The translations under genes and the position numbers were made by a program. Below are positions 1 through 14,091 of a stretch of 64,000 bases of DNA, in pieces. The notes below the pieces were generated by a model that worked only from the letters and a program-made list of their open reading frames with translations, was not told the origin of the DNA and did no database searches. Origin of the DNA: an uncultured bacterium (GTDB lineage: Bacteria > Acidobacteriota > Vicinamibacteria > Vicinamibacterales > UBA2999); assembly GCA_963923455.1 (NCBI GenBank), contig CAWULT010000010.1:3537-67536 (forward strand). The letters are read 5' to 3'. The number at the start of each line of letters is the position of its first letter. The stretch's first letter is position 1.

Positions 1-2
1 AC

Positions 3-131
3 GACCTCGTCGCCTTCGTCCGCCGGGTCGCCTCGATCTGCCGGGGCAAGGCCTACTTCACCACCCCGTACACCCTGGGCCAGTACGTCCTGATGGACTA
101 CATGGACCGCAAGACGAAGACGATTCACTGA
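3..131 (+). CDS. 3' end (42 codons) of an unidentified protein; its 5' end lies outside the window
   Basis: Open frame from the window edge to TGA at 129-131 (..[24 protein letters not shown]). Third codon positions are almost all G/C. The next gene starts 2 nt downstream. Absent from the ORF track because it is edge-truncated. Confidence 0.5.
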   Translation, partial: DLVAFVRRVASICRGKAYFTTPYTLGQYVLMDYMDRKTKTIH

Positions 132-132
132 C

Positions 133-774
133 GTGCTGCCGCCGACGATTCCGATCTTCCCGCTGCCGAACGCCGTTCTGTTTCCGAACGTCTTCCTGCC
201 GCTCCACATCTTCGAGCCGCGGTACCGCGAGATGGTGTCGGACGCGCTGGCCGGCGATCGCATCATCGGGATGGTGCTGCTGCAGCCGGGCTACCAGGCC
301 AACTACGAGGGTCGGCCGGCCGTCTACCCGGTGGGCTGCGCGGGCGTGATCACGCACTCGGAGGCCCTGCCAGACGGGCGCTTCAACATCGTGCTCCGGG
401 GCCTCGAGAAGTTCCACGTCACGGGCGAGGACGAGAGCCGAGCCTACCGCCTGGCGCACGTCGAGGCCCTGCCCGAGCCGACGACCGACGACGACCGTGC
501 CCAGCTCCGCCGCCAGAGGCTGCGCCTCGAGGCGCTGCTCGTGGCCGCCGCGGAACGCTCGAGCGGCGAGCCGCGCTTCCCGTTCCCGTCCGCGGTGTCC
601 GACGAGGACCTCGTCAACGCGCTGGCGCAGTACATGGCGTTCGAGCCGATCGAGCGCCAGGCCCTGCTCGAACGCACGAGCATCCTGGCCCGCTGCCAGG
701 GCCTGATCGAGCTGCTGGAATTCAAGACGATCCGCCCGCACGGCGCGCCCTGGACCGGCGGCGGCGTGCACTAG
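133..774 (+). CDS. Lon N-terminal (LON substrate-binding) domain protein
   Basis: [30 protein letters not shown] is the typical start of stand-alone Lon-N/PUA-like domain proteins. GTG start at 133. Confidence 0.8.
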   Translation: MLPPTIPIFPLPNAVLFPNVFLPLHIFEPRYREMVSDALAGDRIIGMVLLQPGYQANYEGRPAVYPVGCAGVITHSEALPDGRFNIVLRGLEKFHVTGEDESRAYRLAHVEALPEPTTDDDRAQLRRQRLRLEALLVAAAERSSGEPRFPFPSAVSDEDLVNALAQYMAFEPIERQALLERTSILARCQGLIELLEFKTIRPHGAPWTGGGVH

Positions 775-812
775 CCGGGGAGCGACGGACTCGCGTCCGG
801 CCCGGCGTCCGT

Positions 813-1817
813 TCAGTCGCGGTCGCGCAGCCGCGCGGCCAGCGTCTCGACGATCCGGCCGCCGTGAAACCGGCCGTTCTCGATGAAGATGTTGCCCGTG
901 TGACGTCCGGCGATGGCGCCGCCGGCCACGAACAGGTTGGGCACGTTCGTCTCGAAGGTGTCGGGATGGAGCGTGGGCGCCAGCGTCTGCCCGTCGCACT
1001 GGATGCCCGCCCGGCGCATCAGGTCCACGTCCGGCGTATAGCCGGTCAACAGCAGCACGCCCTCGGCCGGCAGTTCCTCGCGCCCGGCGGGCCCTTCGAC
1101 CACGACGTGTGAGGGCCGGATCTCGACGACGCGCGTCTCGAATCGGGCCGGAATCGCCCCCTCCTTGATCCGGTTCTCGATGTCGGGACGTACCCAGTAC
1201 TTGATGGTGTCGCCGAGCGCGGCGTGCCGGTGCACGAGCGTCACGTGGGCGCCGGCGCGGTACAGCTCGAGGGCCGCCTCGGCCGCGGAATTCCTGCCAC
1301 CCACCACGACGACGCGCTGCCGGTAGTACGGATGCGCCTCGCCGTAGTAGTGGGCCACGTGCGGCAGGTCCTCGCCGGGCACGCCCAGGCGGTTCGGCCG
1401 GTCGTAGTAGCCGATGGCGAGCACCACGGCCCTGGCCATCCGCGCGCGGGTCATGCCGTTGCGGCCGCGCGTCGTCACCGCGAACACGGCTTCGCCGTCG
1501 CGAAAGACCTCGCGCTCGATCTCGAGCACCTCTTCCTGGCAGGCGATCGCCAGCTGGTAGGTGTCCACGACGCGCCGGTAGTAGCGCAGCGCCTCGAGGC
1601 GGGTGGGCTTCTCGTACGGGGTGACGAGCGGCAGGCCGCCGATCTCGAGCAGCTCCGGCGTGGTGAAGAACACCATGTGCACCGGAAAGCGGTAGATCGA
1701 GTTGACGAGCACCCCCTTCTCCACGACGGAGAAGTCGAGCCCGTGCTGGCGCGCGGCGATCGCCGTGGCCAGGCCGGCCGGTCCGGCCCCCACGATCAGG
1801 AGGTCACGAACCGACAT
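813..1817 (-). CDS. YpdA-family FAD/NAD(P)-dependent disulfide reductase (putative bacillithiol-disulfide reductase type)
   Basis: N-terminal GAGPAGL dinucleotide fold, second GGRNSAAE Rossmann motif, and the IYRFPVHMVFFTTPELLEIGG block typical of YpdA-like proteins. Confidence 0.75.
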   Translation of the reverse strand: MSVRDLLIVGAGPAGLATAIAARQHGLDFSVVEKGVLVNSIYRFPVHMVFFTTPELLEIGGLPLVTPYEKPTRLEALRYYRRVVDTYQLAIACQEEVLEIEREVFRDGEAVFAVTTRGRNGMTRARMARAVVLAIGYYDRPNRLGVPGEDLPHVAHYYGEAHPYYRQRVVVVGGRNSAAEAALELYRAGAHVTLVHRHAALGDTIKYWVRPDIENRIKEGAIPARFETRVVEIRPSHVVVEGPAGREELPAEGVLLLTGYTPDVDLMRRAGIQCDGQTLAPTLHPDTFETNVPNLFVAGGAIAGRHTGNIFIENGRFHGGRIVETLAARLRDRD

Positions 1818-3266
1818 CTACTGGAGCGGCGCGGGCAGCTGTGACTCGCCCATCAGATACTGATCGATCGCACGCGCCGCGCTGCGGCCCTCGGCGATCG
1901 CCCAGACGATGAGCGACTGTCCGCGCTGCATGTCCCCGGCGGTGAACACGCCGGGCACGCTGGTCATCCACCGTCCGTCGCGCGCCACGTTGCCGCGGTC
2001 GGTGCGGGACACGCCCAGGTCGTCGAGCAGGGGCCCCTTCTCGGGCCCGACGAAGCCCATCGCCAGCAGCACCAGGTCCGCCGGCAGTTCGAATTCGCTC
2101 TCGGGCACCGGCACGAAGGACACCTTGCCGTCCTTCTTCACCATCTCGACCTTCACCGCGTGCAGCGCCTTGACGCGGCCGAACTCGTCGCCGCTGAACC
2201 GCTGCGTCGACACCGCGAACAGCCGCTCGCCGCCCTCTTCGTGCGCCGACGAGACCCGGAAGACCACCGGGTACTGCGGCCACGGGTTGTCCGCCGCCCG
2301 CGCCTCGGGGGGCATCGGCATCAGCTCGAGCTGGTGCACCGACCTGGCGCCCTGCCGGTGTGCGGTGCCGAGGCAGTCGGCGCCGGTGTCGCCGCCGCCG
2401 ATGATGATCACGTGCTTGTCCTGCGCCGAGATGAAGTCCGCGTCGGCAATCGCGTCGCCCTCGCACCTCCGGTTCTGCAGCGTCAGGTAGTCCATCGCGA
2501 AGTGGATGCCCCTGAGCTCGCGCCCCGGCACCGGCAGGTCGCGCGGCTGTCCCGCGCCGCCCGCCAGCAGCACGGCGTCGAAATCGGAGCGGAGCCGCGA
2601 CGCGGGCATGTCCACGCCGACGTTGACACCGGGCCGGAACACCACGCCCTCGGCCTCGAGCAGCGCCAGCCGCCTGTCGAGGACGCGCTTCTCCATCTTG
2701 AATTCCGGGATGCCGTAGCGCAGCAGGCCGCCGATGCGGTCCGACTTCTCGAACACGGTCACCGAGTGCCCCGCGCGGTTCAGCTGATCCGCGGCCGCCA
2801 GGCCCGCCGGTCCCGAGCCGACGATCGCCACCTTCTTCCAGGTCCGCGTGGACGGCGGGTTGGCCGTCACCCAGCCCTCGGAGAAGGCGCGGTCGATGAT
2901 CGTGGCCTCGATCGACTTGATCGTGACCGGGTCGTCGTTGATGCCGAGCACGCACGCGCCCTCGCAGGGCGCCGGGCACAGTTTGCCCGTGAACTCCGGG
3001 AAGTTGTTGGTCGCGTGCAGCCGGTCGATCGCCGCGCGCCAGCGGTCCCGGTAGACCAGGTCGTTCCAGTCGGGAATCAGGTTGCCGAGCGGACAGCCCT
3101 GATGACAGAACGGAATCCCGCAGTCCATACAGCGGGCGCCCTGCGCCTCGAGCTCGCCGGTCGGGTACGGCAGGTAGACCTCCTGCCAGTCCCGCAGACG
3201 TTCCTCGACGGGCCGCGACGGATGCTTCTTCCGCCGGATCTCGATGAAGCCAGTGACCTTACCCAT
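1818..3266 (-). CDS. gltD: Glutamate synthase (NADPH) small subunit
   Basis: [16 protein letters not shown], Cys clusters CMDCGIPFC and [16 protein letters not shown] and GGGDTGADC motifs. ATG at 3266 overlaps the gltB stop (ATGGGTAA, 8-nt overlap). The track start at 3284 is probably too long. Confidence 0.93.
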   Translation of the reverse strand: MGKVTGFIEIRRKKHPSRPVEERLRDWQEVYLPYPTGELEAQGARCMDCGIPFCHQGCPLGNLIPDWNDLVYRDRWRAAIDRLHATNNFPEFTGKLCPAPCEGACVLGINDDPVTIKSIEATIIDRAFSEGWVTANPPSTRTWKKVAIVGSGPAGLAAADQLNRAGHSVTVFEKSDRIGGLLRYGIPEFKMEKRVLDRRLALLEAEGVVFRPGVNVGVDMPASRLRSDFDAVLLAGGAGQPRDLPVPGRELRGIHFAMDYLTLQNRRCEGDAIADADFISAQDKHVIIIGGGDTGADCLGTAHRQGARSVHQLELMPMPPEARAADNPWPQYPVVFRVSSAHEEGGERLFAVSTQRFSGDEFGRVKALHAVKVEMVKKDGKVSFVPVPESEFELPADLVLLAMGFVGPEKGPLLDDLGVSRTDRGNVARDGRWMTSVPGVFTAGDMQRGQSLIVWAIAEGRSAARAIDQYLMGESQLPAPLQ

Positions 3267-6200
3267 GGGCCTGCACCCCCTCACGGGACGCCCGGGCCTT
3301 GGGCTCCGCCCCCGCCATCACCACGGCCTCCTCCGCCACCCGCCGCTTGGCCTGCTCCGCCAGCGCCCGTTTGTACTCCCGTGGCATCACCTTGACCAGC
3401 TTCCGCTGTAGCGCGTCCCAGTCGCCCATCAGCCGCTCCGCGTGCGTGCTGCCGGTGGCCGCGATGTGGCGCATGATCGCGTTCTGCACGAGGTCGACCT
3501 CGTCCGCGTCGATGAGCGACTCCAGATCCACCATCTCGCGGTTGCAGCGGCGGGCGAAATCGCCGTCCTCGTCGAGCACGTAGGCGACGCCGCCGCTCAT
3601 GCCGGCGGCGAAGTTGCGGCCGGTCCGGCCGAGCACGATGACCCGTCCGCCCGTCATGTACTCGCAGCCGTGGTCGCCCACCCCCTCGACCACCACGGTG
3701 GCACCGCTGTTGCGGACGCAGAAGCGCTCGCCCGCGACGCCGCGCACGTACCCCTCGCCGCTGGTGGCGCCGTAGAACGCCACGTTGCCGACGATGATGT
3801 TCTCCTCGGCCTTGAAGGGCGACTGCGGCGGCGGGAACACCGCGATCCGGCCGCCCGACAGCCCCTTGCCCAGGCCGTCGTTGGCGTCGCCCACGAGCGT
3901 CATCGACACGCCGCGCGGCACGAACGCGCCGAAGCTCTGGCCGGCCGACCCGTTGAACGTGATGCGGATGGTGTCGTGCGGCAGGCCCTCGCCGCCGTAC
4001 CGCTTCGTCACCTCGTACCCGAGCATCGTGCCCACCGTCCGATCCGAGTTGTGGATCTGGATGTCGAACTCCACCGGCGAGCGGGAGTCGAGCGCCGGGC
4101 GGCACTTCTCGATCAGCAGGTTGTCGAGCGCGCCCTCGAGCTCGTGGTCCTGCGCGCGCACGCGACGGCGCGCCACCGACGCCGGCAGTTCCGGCTGGTG
4201 CAGCAGCGGCGTCAGGTCGAGCCCCTTCGCCTTCCAGTGGTTCACCGCCGGCTCGAAGTCGAGGCAGTCGGCGCGGCCGATCATGTCGTCGAGGTCGCGG
4301 AAGCCGAGCTCCGCCATCAGCTCGCGGACTTCCTCGGCGATGAAGTAGAAGAAGTTCTCGACGAACTCGGGCGTGCCGCTGAACTTGGCCCGCAGCTGCG
4401 GGTCCTGCGTCGCGATGCCCACCGGGCAGGTGTTCAGGTGGCAGACGCGCATCATGATGCAGCCCATCACGACGAGCGGCGCGGTCGCGAAACCGAACTC
4501 CTCGGCCCCGAGCAGCGCGCCAATCACGACGTCACGGCCCGTCTTCATCTGTCCGTCGACCTGCACGATGATCCGGTCGCGCAGCTTGTTCAGCACCAGC
4601 ACCTGCTGCGTCTCGGCCAGGCCGAGTTCCCACGGCATGCCGGCGTGCTTCAGGCTGGTCAGCGGCGACGCGCCGGTGCCGCCGTCGTGGCCGGAGATCA
4701 GCACGACGTCCGAGTGCGCCTTCGCCACGCCGGCCGCCACGGTGCCCACGCCGCCCTCGGCGACGAGCTTCACCGAGATCCGCGCCGCGGGGTTCGAGTT
4801 CTTCAGGTCGAAGATGAGCTGCGCCAGGTCCTCGATCGAGTAGATGTCGTGGTGCGGCGGCGGCGAGATCAGGCCCACGCCCGGCGTCGAGTGCCGCGTC
4901 TTCGCGATCCACGGGTACACCTTGTGCCCGGGCAGCTGGCCGCCCTCACCGGGCTTGGCGCCCTGCGCCATCTTGATCTGCAGTTCCTCGGCGCTGACCA
5001 GGTACTCGCTCGTCACGCCGAAGCGGCCAGAGGCCACCTGCTTGATCTTGCTGCGCCTGGAGTCGCCGTTGGCCATCGGCAGGAAGCGTTCCGGGTCTTC
5101 TCCGCCCTCGCCGGTGTTCGAGCGGCCGCCGATCCGATTCATCGCGATCGCCAGCGTCTCGTGCGCCTCCTGGCTGATCGAGCCGTACGACATCGCGCCG
5201 GTCGCGAACCGCTTGACGATCGACGAGGCCGGCTCGACGAGCTCGAGGGGAATGGGCTGGCCGGCCGGCTTGAAGCGGAACAGTCCGCGCAGCGTCGCCC
5301 GGTGTTCGTTCTGCTGGTCGACCGCGCGGGTGTAGTCCTTGAAAATCTTGTACTGCCCTGAGCGGGTGGCGTGCTGCAGCTTGAACACGGTGTCGGGGTT
5401 GAACAGGTGGAACTCCCCGTCGCGTCGCCACTGGTACTCGCCGCCCGGTTCGAGCTCCTGCGGACGCACCGGCTGCCGGCCGAACGCGTGCGCATGCCGC
5501 CGCCGCACTTCTTCGGCGATCACGTCGATGCCGACGCCCCCGACCCGCGAGGTCGTGTGCGTGAAGTACCGATCGATGAAGGCCTGCTCGAGCCCCAGGG
5601 CCTCGAAGATCTGCGCCGCGCAGTAGCTCTGCAGCGTCGAGATCCCCATCTTGGACATCACCTTCAGGATGCCCTTGTTGAGCGCCTTGATGTAGTGCTG
5701 GATGGCCTTGTCGCGATCGATGCCGGGCAGCATGCCCGACCGGATCATGTCGTCGATCGACTCGAACGCGACGTACGGGTTGACCACGCCGGCGCCGTAG
5801 CCGAGCAGCAGTGAGACGTGGTGCACTTCGCGCGCGTCGCCCGACTCGACCACGAGCGCACAGCGCGTGCGCGTGCCCTCGCGCACCAGGTGATGGTGCA
5901 CGCCCGCCGTGGCCAGCAGGCTCGGAATCGGCGCCTGCTTCGGCCCCACGCCCCGGTCGGACAGGATCAGGATGTCGAAGCCGGCCTTGACCGCCTCACT
6001 CGCGCGCCGGCACAGATCGTCCATCGCCCGCGTCAGGCCCGCGCCGCCGCTTTCGGCGTCGAACAGCATCGACAGCGTCGTCGAACGGAACGGGACGTCA
6101 GGCGGCAGGTGGCGCAGCTTGGCCACGTGCTCGTTGTGGATGATCGGGTACTTGATGTGGATCTGCCGGCACGACTCGGGCTCGGGCTCGAACAGGTTGC

Positions 6201-7899
6201 GCTCGGGCCCGATCGTCGACGCCATCGACGTCACCAGCTCCTCGCGGATCGCGTCGAGGGGCGGGTTGGTCACCTGCGCGAACAGCTGCTGGAAGTAGTC
6301 GTAGAGCAGGCGCGGCTTGTCCGACAGCACGGCCAGCGCGGTGTCGGTGCCCATCGAGCCGATGGGCTCCTCGCCGCTCGTCGCCATCGGCGCGATCAGC
6401 ACGCGCAGGTCCTCCTGCGTGTACCCGAAGGCCTGCTGCCGGCTGAACACGGTGGCGTGCTCGGGCTTCTCGGCGCGCGCGGGCGGCAGGTCGTCGATGT
6501 CGATCAGGTGGGCGTCGAGCCACGCCTGGTAGGGGTGCTCGGCCGCCAGCTCGCGCTTGATCTCCTCGTCGTCGATGATGCGGCCCTTCACCGTGTCGAC
6601 GAGCAGGATGCGGCCCGGCTGCAGCCGCGCCTTGACCAGCACGTTCTCGGGGGCGATGTCGAGTACGCCCACCTCGGACGCCATGATCACCCGGTCGTCC
6701 CTGGTCACGTAGTAGCGCGAGGGCCGCAGCCCGTTGCGGTCGAGCACGGCGCCGATCACCGAACCGTCGGTGAACGCGATCGCCGCCGGCCCGTCCCAGG
6801 GCTCCATCAGCGACGAGTGGTACTCGTAGAACGCGCGCCGGTCCGGGCGCATGCTCTCGTTGCCGCTCCACGGCTCGGGAATCATCATCAGGACGGCGTG
6901 CGGCAGCGACCGCCCGGCCATCACGAGCATCTCGAGCACGTTGTCGAAGGTGGCGGTGTCGCTGCCCCCCTCCCGGATGACCGGCAGCACCTTCGCCAGG
7001 TCGTCCCCGAGCACGTCGCTCTGCAGCAACCCCTCGCGCGCGTGCATCCAGTTGATGTTGCCGCGCAGCGTGTTGATCTCGCCGTTGTGCGCGACCATCC
7101 GGTACGGGTGCGCCAGCGGCCACGACGGGAACGTGTTGGTGCTGAAGCGCTGGTGGACGAGCGCCAGCGCCGACACCAGCCGCTCGTCGGCCAGGTCCGG
7201 GAACATCGGGCCGAGCTGCTTCGCCTGCAGCATCCCCTTGTAGATCAGCGTGTTGGCCGACAGGCTGACGATGTAGAAGAAGCGCTTGCTGAGCGCGCTG
7301 ACCTTCACCTGCATCGTGTCGACCGCGCGCTCGACCCGCTTGCGGATGACGAACAGCTTTCGCTCGAAGCGCTTGCGGTCGTCCTCGGTCGCGACCGGAC
7401 GCCCGGCGGCGATGAACACCTGCTCGAAGGCCGGCTGCGTCGCCCTGGCGCTGTCCCCGACCATGCGGTTGTCGGTCGGCACGTGGCGCCAGCCGAGCAG
7501 GCGCTGCCCCTCTTCCTCGGCCACGCGCGCGATGAAGGACTTGATCGTCTCGCGGTCGCGCGCGTCGTGCGGCAGGAACACGAGGCCCGCGCCGTAGGCT
7601 CCCTGGGCCGGCAGTTCGAACGGCAGCACGGCACGGAAGAACGCGTCCGGAATCTGGATCAGGATGCCGGCGCCGTCGCCGGTGTTGGCCTCGCAGCCGC
7701 AGGCCCCCCGGTGTTCGAGGTTGATGAGCACCTGCAGCGCGTCGCGGACGATTCCGTGGGACTTCTTGCCCTTGACGTGCACGACGAACCCGACGCCGCA
7801 GGCGTCGTGATCATGCTTTGGGTCGTACAGCCCCTGGGCCCCGGGCTGGCAGAAGGGTGCAGCGGACGTAGGCGGCGGGAAGTCGTCGTGCAGTGCCAT
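3259..7899 (-). CDS. gltB: Glutamate synthase large subunit (ferredoxin/NADPH type)
   Basis: 1546 aa. Ntn amidotransferase start (..HDACGVGF), FMN/3Fe-4S central domain, C-terminal GXGXG beta-helix ([12 protein letters not shown]..). Canonical GltB architecture next to gltD. Confidence 0.97.
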   Translation of the reverse strand: MALHDDFPPPTSAAPFCQPGAQGLYDPKHDHDACGVGFVVHVKGKKSHGIVRDALQVLINLEHRGACGCEANTGDGAGILIQIPDAFFRAVLPFELPAQGAYGAGLVFLPHDARDRETIKSFIARVAEEEGQRLLGWRHVPTDNRMVGDSARATQPAFEQVFIAAGRPVATEDDRKRFERKLFVIRKRVERAVDTMQVKVSALSKRFFYIVSLSANTLIYKGMLQAKQLGPMFPDLADERLVSALALVHQRFSTNTFPSWPLAHPYRMVAHNGEINTLRGNINWMHAREGLLQSDVLGDDLAKVLPVIREGGSDTATFDNVLEMLVMAGRSLPHAVLMMIPEPWSGNESMRPDRRAFYEYHSSLMEPWDGPAAIAFTDGSVIGAVLDRNGLRPSRYYVTRDDRVIMASEVGVLDIAPENVLVKARLQPGRILLVDTVKGRIIDDEEIKRELAAEHPYQAWLDAHLIDIDDLPPARAEKPEHATVFSRQQAFGYTQEDLRVLIAPMATSGEEPIGSMGTDTALAVLSDKPRLLYDYFQQLFAQVTNPPLDAIREELVTSMASTIGPERNLFEPEPESCRQIHIKYPIIHNEHVAKLRHLPPDVPFRSTTLSMLFDAESGGAGLTRAMDDLCRRASEAVKAGFDILILSDRGVGPKQAPIPSLLATAGVHHHLVREGTRTRCALVVESGDAREVHHVSLLLGYGAGVVNPYVAFESIDDMIRSGMLPGIDRDKAIQHYIKALNKGILKVMSKMGISTLQSYCAAQIFEALGLEQAFIDRYFTHTTSRVGGVGIDVIAEEVRRRHAHAFGRQPVRPQELEPGGEYQWRRDGEFHLFNPDTVFKLQHATRSGQYKIFKDYTRAVDQQNEHRATLRGLFRFKPAGQPIPLELVEPASSIVKRFATGAMSYGSISQEAHETLAIAMNRIGGRSNTGEGGEDPERFLPMANGDSRRSKIKQVASGRFGVTSEYLVSAEELQIKMAQGAKPGEGGQLPGHKVYPWIAKTRHSTPGVGLISPPPHHDIYSIEDLAQLIFDLKNSNPAARISVKLVAEGGVGTVAAGVAKAHSDVVLISGHDGGTGASPLTSLKHAGMPWELGLAETQQVLVLNKLRDRIIVQVDGQMKTGRDVVIGALLGAEEFGFATAPLVVMGCIMMRVCHLNTCPVGIATQDPQLRAKFSGTPEFVENFFYFIAEEVRELMAELGFRDLDDMIGRADCLDFEPAVNHWKAKGLDLTPLLHQPELPASVARRRVRAQDHELEGALDNLLIEKCRPALDSRSPVEFDIQIHNSDRTVGTMLGYEVTKRYGGEGLPHDTIRITFNGSAGQSFGAFVPRGVSMTLVGDANDGLGKGLSGGRIAVFPPPQSPFKAEENIIVGNVAFYGATSGEGYVRGVAGERFCVRNSGATVVVEGVGDHGCEYMTGGRVIVLGRTGRNFAAGMSGGVAYVLDEDGDFARRCNREMVDLESLIDADEVDLVQNAIMRHIAATGSTHAERLMGDWDALQRKLVKVMPREYKRALAEQAKRRVAEEAVVMAGAEPKARASREGVQAHG

Positions 7900-7950
7900 G
7901 GTCCGAACAGTGTGCAGTCTGATCGCTCATAAGAGAAATACAATGATCTG

Positions 7951-7965
7951 AGAGATTCAATCTCT
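7951..7965. promoter_or_regulatory. Perfect 7-1-7 palindrome AGAGATTcAATCTCT in the AT-richer gltB / radical-SAM divergent intergenic region
   Basis: Read directly. It lies about 50-65 nt upstream of the gltB start (7899, minus strand). A related AGATTGA occurs 8 nt further on. Confidence 0.35.
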
Positions 7966-8228
7966 GAAGCAGATTGATATGGCGTGACCCACTCGCCGGC
8001 CAAATCAGATGCGGGGGGACGCCATCGCAGACCAGAATGGTCGGCAATGACCTGCCGCCGACCGGGCCGCCCGCCCACCCGCCAAAATTGCCATTCCACT
8101 GGAATCCCGAACAAATCCAGCGGTCATCTGGCTATCATTTGCGGGATTCGGCAACGCTTCCCGACATTCAGGACCGGTTCAGGCCCGGGCTCGACGGCCC
8201 GCCCGACCGTGTGAGGAGACAAACGACC

Positions 8229-10322
<2,094 letters not shown>

Positions 10323-10343
10323 GCGTCCCGCGCACGAACACCC

Positions 10344-10382
10344 GGGGCCGGCGGTCGCCAGACCGCCGGCCCCTTTCCGTTT
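10344..10382 (+). terminator. Rho-independent terminator after the radical SAM gene
   Basis: 13-bp perfect stem GGGGCCGGCGGTC / GACCGCCGGCCCC with loop GCCA, followed by TTTCCGTTT. Confidence 0.8.
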
Positions 10383-10499
10383 GCGGGTGCGGCGGCGGAT
10401 GCCCGGGTGGGCGCGTGTCGACGCCGCTTGCCGCGTGCCCACCGACGGAAATACAGTCAGTCAGAAGGGCGAGAGTCCATCACAAAGGGAGGAACCGGC

Positions 10500-11135
10500 A
10501 TGGCGGTCAGACTTGGCGACGAGGCACCCAATTTCGAGGCGGACACCACCGAGGGACGCATCAACTTCCACGAGTGGAAGAAGGGCGCCTGGGCAGTGCT
10601 CTTTTCCCACCCCAAGGACTTCACCCCCGTCTGCACCACCGAGCTCGGCGCCGTGGCGGGCCTGAAGAGCGAGTTCGACAGGCGCAACACCAAGGTCATC
10701 GGCCTGAGCGTCGACCCGCTCGACTCCCACCAGAAGTGGGCGCAGGACATCGGCGACGTCACCGGGAACGCGCTGAACTTTCCCCTGATCGCCGACCCCG
10801 ACAAGAGCATCGCGAACAAGTACGACATGATCCACCCGAACGCGAGCGATACCGCGACGGTGCGGTCCGTGTTCGTCGTGGGTCCCGACAACAAGATCAA
10901 GCTGACGCTCACCTACCCGATGAGCGCCGGCCGCAACTTTCCCGAGATCCTGCGCGTGATCGATTCGCTCCAGCTGACGGCGGCCCACTCGGTGGCGACG
11001 CCCGCCGACTGGAAGGCCGGTGACGACGTCATCATCTCGCTGGCGGTCTCGGACGAGGACGCACAGAAGCGCTTCCCGGGCTACGTGGCCAAGAAGCCCT
11101 ACCTGCGCGTCACGAAGAGCCCCGCCAAGGCCTGA
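10500..11135 (+). CDS. 1-Cys peroxiredoxin (Prx6 subfamily)
   Basis: [39 protein letters not shown] is the peroxidatic PVCTTE motif. ATG at 10500 is chosen instead of the longer track ORF. Confidence 0.9.
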   Translation: MAVRLGDEAPNFEADTTEGRINFHEWKKGAWAVLFSHPKDFTPVCTTELGAVAGLKSEFDRRNTKVIGLSVDPLDSHQKWAQDIGDVTGNALNFPLIADPDKSIANKYDMIHPNASDTATVRSVFVVGPDNKIKLTLTYPMSAGRNFPEILRVIDSLQLTAAHSVATPADWKAGDDVIISLAVSDEDAQKRFPGYVAKKPYLRVTKSPAKA

Positions 11136-11167
11136 CGGCTGGCGTCGTTCGACGGGAGCACTACGGC

Positions 11168-11932
11168 ATGCGCCTCCACGACCGCACCGTCCTCGTCACG
11201 GGCGGAGCCTCGGGCCTCGGCGGTGCGACGGTCGACCGGATCGTCGCGTCGGGTGGCCGCGCCGTGGTGCTCGACCTGAAGGCCGCCGAGGGACTGGCGA
11301 AGGCCTCGGCCCATGCCGGCGCCGTGCGGTTCGTGCACGGCGACGTCACGAGCGAGGCGGACGTCGAGCGGGCGGTCACCGAGGCGGTCGGGCTCGGCGG
11401 GCTATGGGGCCTCGTCAACGCCGCCGGCATCCCGGCGGCGGAGCGGGTGTTGCCGAAGGACGGCGTGCAGCCGCTCGCCCACTTCAGCCGCGTGATCCAG
11501 GTCAACCTCGTCGGTACCTTCAACGCGATCCGCCTCGCAGCCGCGGCGATGGCCGCCAACACGCCGACCGAGGGTGGCGAGCGCGGCGTGATCGTCAACA
11601 CCGCCTCGGTGGCCGCCTTCGATGGCCAGATCGGCCAGGCGGCCTACGCGGCGTCGAAGGGTGGCCTCGTCGCGCTGACGCTGCCGCTGGCGCGCGAGTT
11701 CGCGCGCCTCGGGGGGCGCGTCATGACGATCGCCCCCGGCACGTTCGATACCCCGCTGCTGTCCAGCCTGCCCGACGCCGCCCGCCAGTCACTGGCCCAG
11801 CAGGTGCCGTTTCCGCCACGCCTCGGGCGTCCGGACGAGTACGCGGCGCTCGTCCAGCACGTGTTCGAGAACGAGATGCTCAACGGCGAGGTGATTCGAC
11901 TGGACGGCGCCATCCGGATGGCCCCGAAGTGA
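11168..11932 (+). CDS. SDR-family oxidoreductase (3-hydroxyacyl-CoA dehydrogenase type-2-like)
   Basis: TGGASGLG cofactor motif, NAAG, and catalytic YAASKGG. Confidence 0.85.
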   Translation: MRLHDRTVLVTGGASGLGGATVDRIVASGGRAVVLDLKAAEGLAKASAHAGAVRFVHGDVTSEADVERAVTEAVGLGGLWGLVNAAGIPAAERVLPKDGVQPLAHFSRVIQVNLVGTFNAIRLAAAAMAANTPTEGGERGVIVNTASVAAFDGQIGQAAYAASKGGLVALTLPLAREFARLGGRVMTIAPGTFDTPLLSSLPDAARQSLAQQVPFPPRLGRPDEYAALVQHVFENEMLNGEVIRLDGAIRMAPK

Positions 11933-11936
11933 CCCG

Positions 11937-12590
11937 ATGCTGACCCTGATCACCGGCGCGCTCGCCGGCGCCTTCCACGTGCTGACCGGGCCCGACCACC
12001 TGGCCGCCGTCGCACCGCTGGCCACCCTCGATCGCCGGCGCGGCTGGCTCGCGGGCTGGACCTGGGGCCTCGGGCACGCGTCGGGCGTCGTCGTGGTGGC
12101 CGTGGCCGCGGCGCTGCTGCGGGAGATGCTGCCGCCGGTCGAGGCACTGTCGGCGTGGAGCGAACGGGTCGTGGGCGGCGCGCTCATCGCGCTCGGCCTC
12201 TGGGGCCTGCGTCAGTCGCTGCGCATCCGCGCGACCGGGCACGCGCACGGAACGGTCAGCCATCGGCACCTGCACGTGCAGGCCGGCCCCCTGTGGCTGA
12301 AGCGGCTCGGACACGTCCACGCCTCGTTCTGTCTGGGCATCCTGCACGGGATCGCCGGCAGTTCCCACTTCTTCGGCGTCCTGCCAGCGCTCGCGCTCCC
12401 CACGCGGGAGGAGACGCTCCTCTACATCGCGGCGTTCGGCGCCGGAACCGTGGCGGCAATGTCGGCGTTCGCGGCGCTGATGGGCCTGGCGAGCGAGCGC
12501 GCCGGACACGGCCGCGAAACGCCGCGGCTGCTGCTGCGGCTGACGGCGCTGGCCGCGATCGCCGTGGGCGGCTACTGGCTGGTCGGGTGA
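11937..12590 (+). CDS. Putative metal (Ni/Co-type) transporter-like membrane protein (HupE/UreJ/NicO-like)
   Basis: Polytopic hydrophobic protein. FHVLTGPDHLAA (H-x5-DH) in the first TM and a His-rich loop ATGHAHGTVSHRHLH. The family assignment is approximate. Confidence 0.5.
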   Translation: MLTLITGALAGAFHVLTGPDHLAAVAPLATLDRRRGWLAGWTWGLGHASGVVVVAVAAALLREMLPPVEALSAWSERVVGGALIALGLWGLRQSLRIRATGHAHGTVSHRHLHVQAGPLWLKRLGHVHASFCLGILHGIAGSSHFFGVLPALALPTREETLLYIAAFGAGTVAAMSAFAALMGLASERAGHGRETPRLLLRLTALAAIAVGGYWLVG

Positions 12591-12632
12591 CCGGGCCGGC
12601 CCCCGGCAGGCGAGCCCGTTCGTGAGCGCGCG

Positions 12633-14090
12633 CTAGTTGAGCGCGCGCTGCCGGGCGGCCTTGAACTGCGCGGTCGCCTCGCGGACCTGCGCGACGCGGT
12701 CGCCGGCGAAGTCGGGCGCCACCGCGCCCTTCGCCAGCTGCACCGCCGAGATCAGCAACCCCCGCGAGGCCATCGCGTCCTTCGGCGCCCTCACGGCCTG
12801 AATCGACTGCTCGAGCTCCCCGAACGTGCCCCCGAGCGCGGCCAGCACCTCCGGCGTCGGCGACGCGACGGCCGAGCGCAGGAACGGCTGGATCGCCTCG
12901 AAGCGGGCGAACACGGGCTCGATCGCGGCCTTGTAGGCGTCGGCGCTGACGGTGTCGCCGGCCGTGGCCCTTCCGGCCCTGACGGGCCCGGCCGCGGGCC
13001 GAGCCAGAGCCGGAGCCGGAACCGCGAGGGGCGCCGCCGGCGCCGGAGCGGGCGCGGCCGCCCGTATCGTCGGCTGCACGGGATCAGCCACCGGTTCGGG
13101 CACCGGCGCGGGTGGAAGGTCCGGCCCGCCCCCGTCGACGGCCGCGGGCCGACGCGACACGTCCACGTAGACGCGCCGGCCGACCGTGCGGACCGCGGCA
13201 TTGGCGCGCTCGTCGAGCGTGAGACGGGCGCGAACCTCGCGCGGGCCGCCGTCGCCCATGGCCCGGACGGCCACGTGCTTCACCAAGTCCACTTCCTGCG
13301 GCACGCTCCAGACGCGAGGTTGCGTGGTGCCCTCCGCCTCGCCCGCCGCCGGCCGCATCCGTACGTCGAACGCCGACTCGTTGAGCCGTTCGGCGCTCAC
13401 CTGCCGCGGCTCGTCGTCGAACTCGAACACCAGCGACCAGCGGCCGGGTCCCGCCACCATCACCACCGTCGGCCGGTCGGCCGACAGCGACGAGACCCTC
13501 AGCGGATCGAAGGCCTCGCCGTCGTCCTTGGTCCTGCGCAGCCGCTCGTCGACGTAGAGCCGCGTGCTGCGGTAGCCGTACGAGGACAGCGAGCGCTGTG
13601 CGCGCTCGGCCTCGTCGATGGCCACGTAGGGCCCGACGAGCACCTGGCGCCTGGCGCCGTCGAGCCGCCACGTGAAGGACGGCAGGCCGAACGCGTCGAG
13701 CCGTTCGGCGAGGTCGTCGGCCTCCTGGTCACGAGTGAAGGACGCGACGGTCACGTTGAAGCTGGCCGCGGTCGGGACGGGCGGGGCCAGTTCGTCCGAC
13801 GTCGCGGCGGCCTTGGCGCCGCCGGACCCCTTCATCCAGACGCCCACCCCGGCGAGCAGCGCGACGACGATCGCGGCCACGAGCCAGGTCTGCCGGCGCA
13901 TGTCCGTCGGCCAGACGTCGATCGTCCGGGACTGGCGTCCCCCCATCGAGGAGAGCCCCGGGCGCTTGAGGAGCCGATCGAGCTGCTGCTCGTCGAGCAG
14001 CAGAACCGTGTACTTGTCGCCCGCACCACCGCCGCCGGAGTGCGGTTTCCCCGGGTGGTCCTTCCCGGAGCGGACGATCCCGTTCTTCAC
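12633..14090 (-). CDS. Membrane-anchored SPOR-domain (peptidoglycan-binding) protein; last gene of the Tad operon
   Basis: One TM (WLVAAIVVALLAGVGVW). SPOR-like block FNVTVASFTRDQEADDLAERLDAFGLPSFTWRLDGARRQVLVGPYVAIDEAERA. Pro/Ala-rich linker. GTG start 2 nt after the stop of the preceding AAA+ gene. Confidence 0.7.
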   Translation of the reverse strand: MKNGIVRSGKDHPGKPHSGGGGAGDKYTVLLLDEQQLDRLLKRPGLSSMGGRQSRTIDVWPTDMRRQTWLVAAIVVALLAGVGVWMKGSGGAKAAATSDELAPPVPTAASFNVTVASFTRDQEADDLAERLDAFGLPSFTWRLDGARRQVLVGPYVAIDEAERAQRSLSSYGYRSTRLYVDERLRRTKDDGEAFDPLRVSSLSADRPTVVMVAGPGRWSLVFEFDDEPRQVSAERLNESAFDVRMRPAAGEAEGTTQPRVWSVPQEVDLVKHVAVRAMGDGGPREVRARLTLDERANAAVRTVGRRVYVDVSRRPAAVDGGGPDLPPAPVPEPVADPVQPTIRAAAPAPAPAAPLAVPAPALARPAAGPVRAGRATAGDTVSADAYKAAIEPVFARFEAIQPFLRSAVASPTPEVLAALGGTFGELEQSIQAVRAPKDAMASRGLLISAVQLAKGAVAPDFAGDRVAQVREATAQFKAARQRALN

Positions 14091-14091
14091 G

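Noticed and set aside
8129-8142. Sigma-54-like motif TGGCTATCATTTGC upstream of the radical SAM gene
   Set aside because: The GG-to-GC spacing is one nucleotide too short and the -24 element is imperfect.
12624-12648. GAGCGCGCGC-tagtt-GAGCGCGCGC between convergent genes as a bidirectional terminator
   Set aside because: The self-complementary GC repeats can pair, but the structure overlaps the stop codon of the SPOR gene and has no U-tracts. I noted it only as a possible hairpin, and the evidence is insufficient for a feature call.
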